Assembly (NCBI GenBank): GCA_045123695.1 | Contig: JBGVKJ010000019.1 | Span: 204,805 to 268,804 of the forward strand | DNA from: Acutalibacteraceae bacterium | Lineage (GTDB): Bacteria > Bacillota > Clostridia > Oscillospirales > Acutalibacteraceae | Direction of reading: 5' to 3' | DNA: 64,000 nt | In this document: positions 18,037 to 27,297 of the stretch, piece by piece | Layout of the letters: every line of letters begins with the position of its first letter | Position numbering within the stretch: position 1 is the first letter of the stretch | Notes under the pieces: generated by a model | The model's database searches: none | The model's input: the letters and a program-made list of their open reading frames with translations, nothing else | Told to the model about the DNA's origin: nothing | Made by a program: the position numbers and the translations under genes

Positions 18037-19515
18037 ATGGAACATAAAAATATTTACAGCGACATTGCCGCCAGAACACAGGGCGATATATATATCGGCG
18101 TTGTAGGTCCCGTAAGAACGGGTAAATCAACTTTTATCAAGCGTTTTATGGATGAGCTTGTTATACCTAATATCGACGATTCGGCAAAGCGTGAGCGTGC
18201 TACCGATGAACTGCCGCAATCAGCTGCAGGCAGAACAATAATGACTACAGAGCCGAAGTTTATACCGGAAGAAGCTGTTGAAATAACACTCGGCGGCGGA
18301 ATAGGTCTAAAAGTACGTATGATTGACTGCGTCGGATATATTGTGCCGGGTGCTCTCGGCTATATCGAAAATGAGCAGCCGAGAATGGTCAAAACTCCGT
18401 GGTACGACAAGGAAATTCCTTTTAATATGGCTGCAGAGCTCGGCACAAAGAAGGTTATTGATGAACATTCAACAATAGGCTTGGTAGTTACAACAGACGG
18501 TTCAATAGGTGAAATTGACAGAGCAGATTATTTAGAAGCTGAAAAAAGAGTTATTGACGAGCTTAAAGCACTCGGTAAGCCTTTTGTTGTGCTTGTCAAC
18601 AGTGTTTCTCCCGAGAGTGTTGCAACAAAAAAGCTGGTTTCGGATATGATTGCCGATTATTCAGTGCCTGTGCTTGCTGTCAACTGTAAGACTCTGACAG
18701 AGGAGCAGATAAAAGAAATTCTTCGTCAGGTACTCTTTGAGTTTCCGCTCAAAGAAGTCGGAGTTAATCTGCCTTGCTGGATGATGAGTCTTGACGATAA
18801 TCACCCCGTAAGGTCTGCAATTACTTCTGCCGTTACAAATGCCGCATCAGGACTTAAGCGTGTGCGTGACGTGCCGCAGTTTGCCTCCGATATATGCGAG
18901 TGTGAGTATATTACCGCTGCCAAAGTTTCATCAATGGATTTGTCTGACGGGTCAGCGGCTATATCAGCGGTTGCAGAGCCTTCACTGTTTTTTTATATTC
19001 TCAGTGAGGTAACGGGCACAAAAATAAAGAACGAGCAGGCTCTTATGGATGAGCTGCTCGAACTTAATAATATTAAAAAAGCGTATATGAGGCTGAAAAA
19101 TGCACTCGATGAGGTCGAAGCTACGGGCTACGGTATCGTAATGCCTACAACCGAGGAGCTGACACTTGCCGAGCCTGAAATTATGAAGCAGGGCGGTAAA
19201 TACGGCATAAGACTGCGTGCCTCTGCACCGTCGGTTCATATGATGCGCGCAAATATCACAACCGAGGTTGCTCCGATTGTAGGCTCCGAGTCGCAGAGTG
19301 AAGAGCTTGTTGAATATCTTCTCAAAGAGTTTGAGGAAGACCCGCTTAAAATATGGGAATCCAATATATTCGGCAAGTCACTCAACGAGCTTGTCAACGA
19401 AGGACTTCGAAATAAACTCGGCAGAATGCCTGTCGATGCTCGTATGAAGCTGCAGGAAACAATAGAAAAGGTTATAAATGAAGGCTGCAGCGGACTTATC
19501 TGTATTATTCTCTGA
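18037..19515 (+). CDS. spoIVA: Stage IV sporulation protein A (coat-basement ATPase)
   Basis: 492 aa. N-terminus [33 protein letters not shown] (Walker A), with full-length similarity to SpoIVA. Confidence 0.95.
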   Translation: MEHKNIYSDIAARTQGDIYIGVVGPVRTGKSTFIKRFMDELVIPNIDDSAKRERATDELPQSAAGRTIMTTEPKFIPEEAVEITLGGGIGLKVRMIDCVGYIVPGALGYIENEQPRMVKTPWYDKEIPFNMAAELGTKKVIDEHSTIGLVVTTDGSIGEIDRADYLEAEKRVIDELKALGKPFVVLVNSVSPESVATKKLVSDMIADYSVPVLAVNCKTLTEEQIKEILRQVLFEFPLKEVGVNLPCWMMSLDDNHPVRSAITSAVTNAASGLKRVRDVPQFASDICECEYITAAKVSSMDLSDGSAAISAVAEPSLFFYILSEVTGTKIKNEQALMDELLELNNIKKAYMRLKNALDEVEATGYGIVMPTTEELTLAEPEIMKQGGKYGIRLRASAPSVHMMRANITTEVAPIVGSESQSEELVEYLLKEFEEDPLKIWESNIFGKSLNELVNEGLRNKLGRMPVDARMKLQETIEKVINEGCSGLICIIL

Positions 19516-19966
19516 TATTTTTATATCTTTCGGACTGTGCGACTGCGAGTGCATCACAGCGCTCGTTTTCGCTGTGTCCGTTGTGACCCTTTATCCATAT
19601 GAAATTGACTTCGTGCTTTGCAATTTCATTTAAAAGCTCTTCCCAAAGGTCGGCATTAAGTGCCGGCTTTTTGTCTTTTTTTATCCAGCCGTTTTTTCTC
19701 CAGCCTTCAGCCCAGCCTTTTGTAACGGAGTTGTACACATACTGTGAGTCTGTCGTTACCGTAACGCTGCAGGCATATTTGAGTGCTCGCAGACCTTCAA
19801 GCACTGCGGTAATTTCCATTCTGTTGTTTGTCGTGTCTGCCGCGCCGCCGGAAAGCTCCTTTTCTACGCCGTTACAGCGAAGTATTGTACCCCAGCCTCC
19901 GGGTCCCGGGTTACCGGAGCAGGCACCGTCTGCGAATATTTCCACTTTTTTCATTTCGTTGCTCAT
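19505..19966 (-). CDS. rnhA: Ribonuclease HI
   Basis: 153 aa. Motifs [36 protein letters not shown] and [14 protein letters not shown] (DEDD catalytic set). Its 3' end overlaps the spoIVA 3' end by 11 nt (convergent). Confidence 0.9.
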   Translation of the reverse strand: MSNEMKKVEIFADGACSGNPGPGGWGTILRCNGVEKELSGGAADTTNNRMEITAVLEGLRALKYACSVTVTTDSQYVYNSVTKGWAEGWRKNGWIKKDKKPALNADLWEELLNEIAKHEVNFIWIKGHNGHSENERCDALAVAQSERYKNIRE

Positions 19967-20108
19967 ATATAATTACCGTCCGTGAGTTTTTATTGCTGTT
20001 TGGTATTTTATCATCTTTTTTAGTTTCTTACAACCTGTAACGGATAATTTTATATTAACCCGTCAATAATCGGTTTGCATACATATCGAATTTATCGGAG
20101 GATAGATT

Positions 20109-21197
20109 ATGAAATCTTTTTGTGTTTTAAATAAGCCTTTGAATAAAAAGACGGGTGAAGCACTCGGCACAGCGGCTGTAGGTACACTCGGCAATAAAAT
20201 CGGCTTTCTGCACGACGATTCTGAATGCTCTGCAGCAACTGTGTCAAACCTTGCAAAGGGTGTGAAATCTGCAGGTGCATCTGCCGTTGTTTTTGGCTGT
20301 ATGAATGAATCGTCCGTGTCGTTTCTTATTGACCGTTTTTCGCTTTCGGGTGCTTTTTTTGTCGGTGGCGAAAAACTTATCAGCGTCTATAATTCACTCG
20401 GCAAACCTCTTTCCGTTCACGAAGAGGAAGTGATGTCTTCGCTTATCTTTTCGTCGGGAACAGAGAAAAAAAGGGGTGGATCGATAACTATAATCAATCC
20501 GACCGATTCTTATCTTCGTGCACTTGTCGGAGTGCCGCAAAGTCTTGAAGATATCAGTGTTGCTTTTGAAAGCCGAAATAAAAATATAAAAAACACTTTA
20601 AATTCCGTGCTTAATCTTCTGGGTGGCTATACGGGTGCAAAACCTCGTTTTTGTGTCAGTGAATCGGGCTTTTGCGTAAGTGCTTGCGATGAGAGCGGCA
20701 GGGTGATTACCAACGATGATTTGCTTAACATTTGCGCTGCTTGTGCGATAAAGAAAAAGCGTGAAATCTGTGTGCCTTTTTCTGCACCGAGGTTTCTCGA
20801 TGAGCTTGCTGAAAAGTACGATGTAAAACTTGAACGAAGCTTTGATGGCGGTAATGAGCCGTGGCAGAATGACGGCCTTTTTCTTGTTGCGGAGATATTG
20901 AATAATATGGCAGAGCAGGGGATGGGATTGTCTGCACTTTACAGCTTGTTACCTGCTGTTTCTCATAAACGTAAAAGTATTTTTGTTACTGATGGACTGA
21001 CGCAATTTGCCGATTCTATAGTTTGCGATGAACTTATATCCGATGATTCGGGTGGGATATATATGCGTATGAAGCAGGGAGAAATACTTTTTACACCATA
21101 CCGAAATTCGCAAAAGGTGTGTATGGAGGTGCTTGCCGCAAACAGCGAAACCGCCGAAGAAATTGCGGCAGATGTATATAAACTTCTCTCAACTTGA
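20109..21197 (+). CDS. Hypothetical protein with alpha-D-phosphohexomutase-like layout but no recognisable catalytic Ser loop
   Basis: 362 aa. The N-terminal third resembles PGM/PMM domain I in spacing (LG...IGFLHDDSECS...LAKGVKSAGASAVVFG). I cannot find the T/S-A-S-H-N-P loop or the Mg-binding DGDxDR motif. Confidence 0.3.
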   Translation: MKSFCVLNKPLNKKTGEALGTAAVGTLGNKIGFLHDDSECSAATVSNLAKGVKSAGASAVVFGCMNESSVSFLIDRFSLSGAFFVGGEKLISVYNSLGKPLSVHEEEVMSSLIFSSGTEKKRGGSITIINPTDSYLRALVGVPQSLEDISVAFESRNKNIKNTLNSVLNLLGGYTGAKPRFCVSESGFCVSACDESGRVITNDDLLNICAACAIKKKREICVPFSAPRFLDELAEKYDVKLERSFDGGNEPWQNDGLFLVAEILNNMAEQGMGLSALYSLLPAVSHKRKSIFVTDGLTQFADSIVCDELISDDSGGIYMRMKQGEILFTPYRNSQKVCMEVLAANSETAEEIAADVYKLLST

Positions 21198-21398
21198 CTT
21201 TTAAATTATTATAATATATAATTTAAACGGAATAATTTGGATTTTTCTGTCTTGGGCGTTAGACAGAGCATATATAAATAAAAACTAAAGAAAGGAAATT
21301 TTGTGGCTTATTTAAAATCAGAATTCAATCAGTTCGAAGGCTGACGTTTGCCGTTGGCTTGTGTTTTTATTACCTTTGGAGCCACACAATCGTGTTTT

Positions 21399-23246
21399 AT
21401 GTCAGATAAACATTATGGCAGCGATAAAACTGCCAACGAAAAAAAGAAGCAGAATAAGACTTCGAAATTTTCGCGTTATTCGCGAATACCTCCAAAACGC
21501 AGTGCTGCAGCAGAGCCTCAGCACCAGCGTCCCGCAAAGCAGCAGAAGGCTCAGCGCCATAAGCAAAAGCAACAGAAAAAGGCTCCCAAAAAGCCTATTC
21601 GTATCGCTTTTCTCGGCGGCCTTAACGAAGTCGGTAAGAATATGACTCTCTACGAATACGGCGAGAGTATGTTCCTTGTCGATTGCGGTCTTGCTTTCCC
21701 TGATGCTGACCTTCCCGGTGTCGACCTTGTACTGCCCGATTTCTCTTATGTCGAAAAGAATATCGATAAGATTAAGGGTATTGTTGTCACTCACGGTCAC
21801 GAGGACCATATTGGCGGCCTTGCATATCTTCTCAAGTCCGTAAATATTCCGATTTATTCAACTAAACTTACAATCGGTCTTATTCAGGGTAAGCTCAAGG
21901 AGCATAATCTCCTTTCTTCTGCAAAGCTGAATGTAGTAAAGCCGGGTGACCGTATTAAACTCGGTGAGTTTGAGGTTGAGCTTATTCACGTCAATCACTC
22001 GATTCCCGATGCCGTTGCGCTTGCAGTGCGCTGTGACGGCGGCACTGTTGTGCAGATGGGTGACTTCAAGATTGATACCACACCTATCGACGGTGAGCCT
22101 ATCGACCTTGCACGCTTTGCCCAGATCGGTACAGAAGGCGTAATGTGCCTTATGTCCGACTCTACCAATGCTGAACGTCCCGGTTATACCGAGAGTGAAA
22201 GTAAGGTAGGCGAGTCGTTTGACCGTCTTTTCCACAGCGCAGGTAACCGCAGAATTATCGTTGCAACCTTCGCATCTAATATCCATCGTGTGCAGCAGAT
22301 TATCAACAGCGCCGCTGCTCTGGGCAGAAAGGTTGTGCTTTCGGGCAGAAGTCTCGAAAATGTTGTTGCCGTTGCTAAAGAGCTCGGCTATATTGATGTG
22401 CCTGAAGGCACCATTGTCAGTATTGATACAATCAAGCGTTATCCCGATGATAAGCTTGTTATAATTACAACGGGCAGTCAGGGCGAGCCTATGTCGGCAC
22501 TCAGCCGTATGGCTTTTTCCGACCACCGCAAGGTCGAAATCGGTCCTATGGATTATATAATTATTTCTGCAACACCTATTCCCGGCAACGAAAAAACAGT
22601 AGGTAAGGTTGTAAATGAGCTGATGAAGCTCGGTGCAGAGGTTATATACGAGAAGATGTACGATGTGCATGTTTCAGGTCACGCTTGTCAGGAAGAGCTC
22701 AAAATGATAATGAGCCTTGTCAAGCCCAAGTATTTTATTCCCGTGCACGGTGAGCAGAAGCATCTTCAGAAGCACAGAATTCTTGCCGAGTCAATGGGTA
22801 TTGACCGTAAGAATATAATCGTTGCCGATAACGGCTTGCTTGTAGAAATGAGCGATGATTCTGTCCGAGTAGCAGGCAGTGTCCCTGCAGGTAAGGTTTA
22901 TGTTGACGGATCGGGTGTCGGCGATGTCGGCAGTATTGTCCTTCGTGACCGTAAGCATCTTTCGCAGGACGGTATTATTATTATCACAGCCTGCGTCGAA
23001 GCTGATACCGGATATATTGTATCGGGTCCCGAGGTTATAACAAGAGGCTTCGTCTATGTCAAAGAGTCAGAAGAACTTATTGAGCAGGCAAAGCGACTTG
23101 CATACAATACGCTTGATGAGCGTCTGGGCAGAAATCCGTCGGATATTCTTGCTGCCAAAACAAGAGTCAGAGATGATATATCACGTTTTGTTTTTGAAAA
23201 AACAAGAAGGAGTCCGATGATTGTGCCCGTTATTATGGAGGTATAA
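21399..23246 (+). CDS. rnj: Ribonuclease J (metallo-beta-lactamase/beta-CASP) with a Lys/Gln-rich N-terminal extension
   Basis: HGHEDHIGG motif and a beta-CASP region with the H-box (HVSGHACQEEL, PVHGE). The catalytic core begins near IRIAFLGGLNEVGKNM. The ATG at 21399 is preferred over the track start at 21348. Confidence 0.92.
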   Translation: MSDKHYGSDKTANEKKKQNKTSKFSRYSRIPPKRSAAAEPQHQRPAKQQKAQRHKQKQQKKAPKKPIRIAFLGGLNEVGKNMTLYEYGESMFLVDCGLAFPDADLPGVDLVLPDFSYVEKNIDKIKGIVVTHGHEDHIGGLAYLLKSVNIPIYSTKLTIGLIQGKLKEHNLLSSAKLNVVKPGDRIKLGEFEVELIHVNHSIPDAVALAVRCDGGTVVQMGDFKIDTTPIDGEPIDLARFAQIGTEGVMCLMSDSTNAERPGYTESESKVGESFDRLFHSAGNRRIIVATFASNIHRVQQIINSAAALGRKVVLSGRSLENVVAVAKELGYIDVPEGTIVSIDTIKRYPDDKLVIITTGSQGEPMSALSRMAFSDHRKVEIGPMDYIIISATPIPGNEKTVGKVVNELMKLGAEVIYEKMYDVHVSGHACQEELKMIMSLVKPKYFIPVHGEQKHLQKHRILAESMGIDRKNIIVADNGLLVEMSDDSVRVAGSVPAGKVYVDGSGVGDVGSIVLRDRKHLSQDGIIIITACVEADTGYIVSGPEVITRGFVYVKESEELIEQAKRLAYNTLDERLGRNPSDILAAKTRVRDDISRFVFEKTRRSPMIVPVIMEV

Positions 23247-23249
23247 AAA

Positions 23250-25205
23250 TTGTTGCGTTTTCTGAAAAACAATCTGGTTATACTGTGTGTGTTTGCCGTT
23301 TGCTTTATAACCTGCCTGATTACATTTTCTTATAATGAAACCGTTGCTTATATTGAGCTTGCGCTGTTTGTTGTGTTGTTAGCGCTCAGCTTTGTCACAA
23401 GTGCGATTTCGATAAGCCGTTCACATGAGCTTGTGAAAACCGTAAGCACTGCGCTTGACTTTTCAGAGTCAGCAAAGCTGTCTGCTTTTCCTCTGCCCGT
23501 ACTTGTAACTACAACCGAGGGTAAGGTGCTGTGGTTCAATTCTCTGTTTGAGTCACGTGTGCTCGATGGCGTGAAGCTTTCAAGTGACGATGTCGGACAG
23601 TTTCTGGGTAATCATAAAGTGAGGGATATAGCTACTCACGATAAGCTTTATACAGATATAGCAGACCGTTCCTATTCGGTATATCCTTTCCCGATGCAGT
23701 TGCGCGATGAGTCTTGCTATGCTTTGGTTTTTTCCGACGAAACACAGATGAGAAAGGTTTATTACGAGTATAAACTTTCGCGTCCGAGCGTTATGCTTAT
23801 ATGTATAGATAATATAGATGAGCTTATGCAGGGCTATTCCGACAGTGATGCAAATGCTATGCGAAGCGGTGCAGAGCAGTTGATTGACAACTGGCTTGCC
23901 GAATATGGTTGCGTTATCCGCAAACTCGGCGACGGCAGATTCCTTGTTATATGCGAAGAGCGCGATCTTATCGGAATGACCGAGCGTAAATTCAGTATCC
24001 TTGACGAAATCCGTTCCTACAGTTACGACGATAAAGTTGTAGGTATAACTCTCTCAATCGGTATCAGCAGCGGCACTACTTTGCGAGAGGGTGAGAAAAA
24101 TGCCCGTCAGGCACTCGATATGGCTATAGGCAGAGGCGGTGACCAGGCGGCAATACTTAAAAACGATTCCTACGATTTCTTCGGCGGTATGTCAAAGGGT
24201 ATTGAAAAGCGCAGCAAGGCACGTACACGTATAGTTGCCTCTGCAATTCAGAAGTTGATGGAAAACAGCTCTGATATTTTAATAATGGGTCACAGATTTT
24301 CTGACCTTGACAGCGTAGGTTCTGCAATCGGTATGCTTTGTGCCGCAAGGTCTCTGGGTAAGCCGTCACATATCGTTATCAACCGTAAGCAATCTCTTGC
24401 AAAGTCGCTGATTGATATGGCGGAGGTCAAGTATCCTGACGGATTTATAACAGCGGCTGAGGCAGAAAAAATAATATCCAAGGATACTCTGCTTGTGATT
24501 GTTGATACTCACAGGGCAGAGGTGCTTGAAAGCGCTGAACTTTATCGTCTTGCAAAAACCGTTATTGTGATCGATCACCATCGTAAGAATGTTGATTTTA
24601 TAAATAACAGTATAGTTTTCCAACACGACCCGAGTGCTTCTTCAGCAGGTGAAATGGTGTCTGAACTTCTTCAGTATATGCCTGTCAAACCTGTGATTAC
24701 CGACTGCGAAGCAAATGCTTTGCTTGCAGGTATAATGCTTGATACGCGTAATTTTGCGTTAAGAGCAGGCGTGCGTACCTTTGAAGCGGCGGCATTCCTG
24801 CGCAGTAAGGGTGCGGATACGGTTAAAGTTCGCCGTTTGTTTATGAATAAGATGGAAAATTTCAAGCTTCGTAACGATGTTATTGACGGTGCGGAGGTTT
24901 ACCGTGACTGTGCTATAGCTTATTCGGATATCAATTCACCCGACATACGCACTATCTCAGCACAGGCGGCAGATGAAATGCTCAACATAGACTCGATAAA
25001 GGCATCTTTTGTAATGTTCGATACGGACGGTACAATGAATATTTCAGCCCGTTCATTGGGTGAGATAAATGTTCAGGTTATAATGGAAATTCTCGGCGGC
25101 GGCGGTCATCAGACAATGGCGGCGGCACAGCTTGCAGGTTGTGACCGTGAAACTGCCACAACACGGCTTTTTGCTGCGGTTGATGAATATTATTCCAAAT
25201 TATAA
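23250..25205 (+). CDS. gdpP: GdpP-type DHH/DHHA1 phosphodiesterase (cyclic-di-AMP phosphodiesterase architecture)
   Basis: 651 aa: two N-terminal TM helices, a PAS-like region, a degenerate GGDEF region, DHH (VIDHHRK) and DHHA1 (GGGGHQTMAAAQ). TTG start 8 nt after the GGAGG at 23237-23241. Confidence 0.85.
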   Translation: MLRFLKNNLVILCVFAVCFITCLITFSYNETVAYIELALFVVLLALSFVTSAISISRSHELVKTVSTALDFSESAKLSAFPLPVLVTTTEGKVLWFNSLFESRVLDGVKLSSDDVGQFLGNHKVRDIATHDKLYTDIADRSYSVYPFPMQLRDESCYALVFSDETQMRKVYYEYKLSRPSVMLICIDNIDELMQGYSDSDANAMRSGAEQLIDNWLAEYGCVIRKLGDGRFLVICEERDLIGMTERKFSILDEIRSYSYDDKVVGITLSIGISSGTTLREGEKNARQALDMAIGRGGDQAAILKNDSYDFFGGMSKGIEKRSKARTRIVASAIQKLMENSSDILIMGHRFSDLDSVGSAIGMLCAARSLGKPSHIVINRKQSLAKSLIDMAEVKYPDGFITAAEAEKIISKDTLLVIVDTHRAEVLESAELYRLAKTVIVIDHHRKNVDFINNSIVFQHDPSASSAGEMVSELLQYMPVKPVITDCEANALLAGIMLDTRNFALRAGVRTFEAAAFLRSKGADTVKVRRLFMNKMENFKLRNDVIDGAEVYRDCAIAYSDINSPDIRTISAQAADEMLNIDSIKASFVMFDTDGTMNISARSLGEINVQVIMEILGGGGHQTMAAAQLAGCDRETATTRLFAAVDEYYSKL

Positions 25206-25211
25206 GCGTAT

Positions 25212-25256
25212 ACAGCGAAGTGTAATGCTCTTGCAAACACTTCGCTGTTTTTTTGT
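25212..25256 (+). terminator. Rho-independent terminator after gdpP
   Basis: Stem ACAGCGAAGTGT (25212-25223) pairs with ACACTTCGCTGT (25237-25248), followed by TTTTTTTG. Confidence 0.8.
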
Positions 25257-25284
25257 TTTGTAACAATTTGTAACTGATATATAT

Positions 25285-25313
25285 TTGACTAATTATAATA
25301 AAAATGATACAAT
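25285..25313 (+). promoter_or_regulatory. Sigma-A-type promoter upstream of the PASTA pseudokinase gene
   Basis: TTGACT at 25285-25290, a 17-nt spacer, then TACAAT at 25308-25313. Confidence 0.55.
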
Positions 25314-25410
25314 AACTATAACTTTATGTTGAAAAATGTTTTCATTTTTTATCGATTATTCAGGAAAGGAAGATGACCCGGCAGCTTTGCCGTGTGTCGT
25401 GTGGCGATTT

Positions 25411-27237
25411 ATGATTAACAGTGAACATCTGTGTATGGGCTGTATGAAAGAAATCGGCGAGGTGCAGCAGTGTCCTCATTGCGGCTTCCATGTCGAAACA
25501 ATGCAGATGGCGCCTTATCTTGCTGTAAGGACGGTTATTGCCAACCGTTACCTTGTAGGTAAACTGCTTGAGTATAACGGTGATGGCGCTACATACATAG
25601 CATGGGATATAAACGATAAAAAGCCCGTAACTATACGCGAGTTTTTGCCTGATACACTTGCAACAAGAACTATCGGCACAAAAGAAGTTACGGTTATGTC
25701 AGGTTGTGAGCTTTCTTACAGAGAGTGTATGGCAGACTTTGTTGAACTTTGGCGTAAGCTCAGCCGAATGGGCGGCCTTTCCGCACTTGTCAATGTGTAC
25801 GATGTTATTGAAGAGAATTCAACGGCATATGCTATTTGTGAATATGTAAAGAGCATAACTCTGCGTGACTATCTTCTTCGCCTTAAAACAGGCTATATTA
25901 CGTGGGAGAGGGCAAGGGCACTGTTTATGCCTGTGCTTTCTACGCTCGGTATGCTTCACACCGCAGGTATAATTCATCGCGGCATCTCTCCGCTTACTCT
26001 TCAGATTGGTCAGGACGGCAAGATGCGAATCGGCGGGTTCAGTATATGGCAGGCTCGTACGGCAAAAAGTGATCTTGCAGCTCAGCTTTTCCCGGGCTAT
26101 GCCGCAATCGAGCAGTACGGCTTTGAGGGGAAGCAGGGACCTGCTACAGATATCTATGCTTTTGCTGCTACACTCTACCGTGCTCTTATCGGCAGTGATC
26201 CTATCGAAGCAACCGACAGACTTACAAACGACAGGCTTATGGTGCCGGGCAGATTTGCCGAACAGATTCCGGCTTATGTAATAAACGGCCTTATCAATGC
26301 TTTGCAAATAATGCCCGAGGAGCGCACACGTACTGTTGAGCAGCTTCGTGCTGACCTTTCAGCTTCTCCCGTTGCGGCTGCTGCATCAGGTACAGAGTTC
26401 CAGACACCGCAGAATTCTGCACCGCCGATTGCGACTGTGTCTGAATATCAGCCTGTTTCACAAAATGCTGCTGAACCGGCTAAAAAGAACACCGAAACTT
26501 CAAAGAACAGGATGATAATTATCCGTTCAGCACTTATAAGTGCAATAGTGGGTCTTCTTATTTTCCTTATTGTTCTTATTGCTTTTGGCGATGAAATGGG
26601 TCTTAATATCGGTAATGATAAAGAAGAGACCGAAGCTGCAGAAGAGCAGACAAGAGAAGAAAAGGTTGAAGTTCCGAATTTCGTCAATCGTAATTATATT
26701 GAGGTAATCAATAACAACGCATGGAAAAATAACTTCAGATTTGAGAAAAATGAAGCTTACAGTGATAAGATAGAAGCAGGTATTATCATTTCACAAAGCG
26801 TTGAAGCTGGAAGCGAAGTAAACGCAGGTGTAAAAATTGTGCTTACTGTTTCAAAGGGCGATGAGATGTTTGAGCTTTCGCCTTCTATAATAGGTATGGA
26901 TTATGAGGCTGCGGCAGAGGCTCTTATGAAACTCAAGTTCGATGTTTCAAAAGAAGAGCTCGACAATGACGGTACTCATACCGAAGGCACCGTTCAGTCT
27001 GTTGCTAATGTTGCTATCGGCCAGTTGTATCCGAAGGGTACAAAGGTAACTCTGCGTGTATGGGGTCCTGCCGCTACTACTGAGGATATCACAGGTTCAG
27101 AACCTGAATCTCCCACCGATTCCGGCAGCACAGATACACCCGATGAGCCTTCAACCGAGCCTGAGGTTACAGAGCCTGCTTTCACAGAGCCTCCGACATT
27201 ACCTCCGACTATAGTTCCTACCGAACCTACAGTATAA
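25411..27237 (+). CDS. Zinc-ribbon / protein-kinase-like (catalytically degenerate) / TM / 2x PASTA membrane protein
   Basis: CMGC...CPHC zinc ribbon, then a kinase-like fold in which the motifs read VTIREF (VAIK), IIHRGISPLTLQ (HRDxKxxN), RIGGFS (DFG) and GYAAIEQ (APE). TM helix ALISAIVGLLIFLIVLIAF, two PASTA-like modules, and a Pro/Thr/Glu-rich tail. The start codon is uncertain (25336, 25399 or 25411). Confidence 0.75.
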   Translation: MINSEHLCMGCMKEIGEVQQCPHCGFHVETMQMAPYLAVRTVIANRYLVGKLLEYNGDGATYIAWDINDKKPVTIREFLPDTLATRTIGTKEVTVMSGCELSYRECMADFVELWRKLSRMGGLSALVNVYDVIEENSTAYAICEYVKSITLRDYLLRLKTGYITWERARALFMPVLSTLGMLHTAGIIHRGISPLTLQIGQDGKMRIGGFSIWQARTAKSDLAAQLFPGYAAIEQYGFEGKQGPATDIYAFAATLYRALIGSDPIEATDRLTNDRLMVPGRFAEQIPAYVINGLINALQIMPEERTRTVEQLRADLSASPVAAAASGTEFQTPQNSAPPIATVSEYQPVSQNAAEPAKKNTETSKNRMIIIRSALISAIVGLLIFLIVLIAFGDEMGLNIGNDKEETEAAEEQTREEKVEVPNFVNRNYIEVINNNAWKNNFRFEKNEAYSDKIEAGIIISQSVEAGSEVNAGVKIVLTVSKGDEMFELSPSIIGMDYEAAAEALMKLKFDVSKEELDNDGTHTEGTVQSVANVAIGQLYPKGTKVTLRVWGPAATTEDITGSEPESPTDSGSTDTPDEPSTEPEVTEPAFTEPPTLPPTIVPTEPTV

Positions 27238-27242
27238 AAATA

Positions 27243-27284
27243 AATCAGTGATTATCCTTCAGCAGGGTAATCACTGATTTTTTG
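27243..27284. terminator. Bidirectional rho-independent terminator between convergent genes (pseudokinase / proS)
   Basis: Stem AATCAGTGATTA (27243-27254) pairs with TAATCACTGATT (27268-27279). It is flanked by an A-tract and a T-tract. Confidence 0.75.
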
Positions 27285-27297
27285 TATTGTATCGGGT

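Noticed and set aside
21858-22670. 270-aa ORF antisense to RNase J
   Set aside because: It is a shadow ORF inside a strongly supported gene, with no translation signals.
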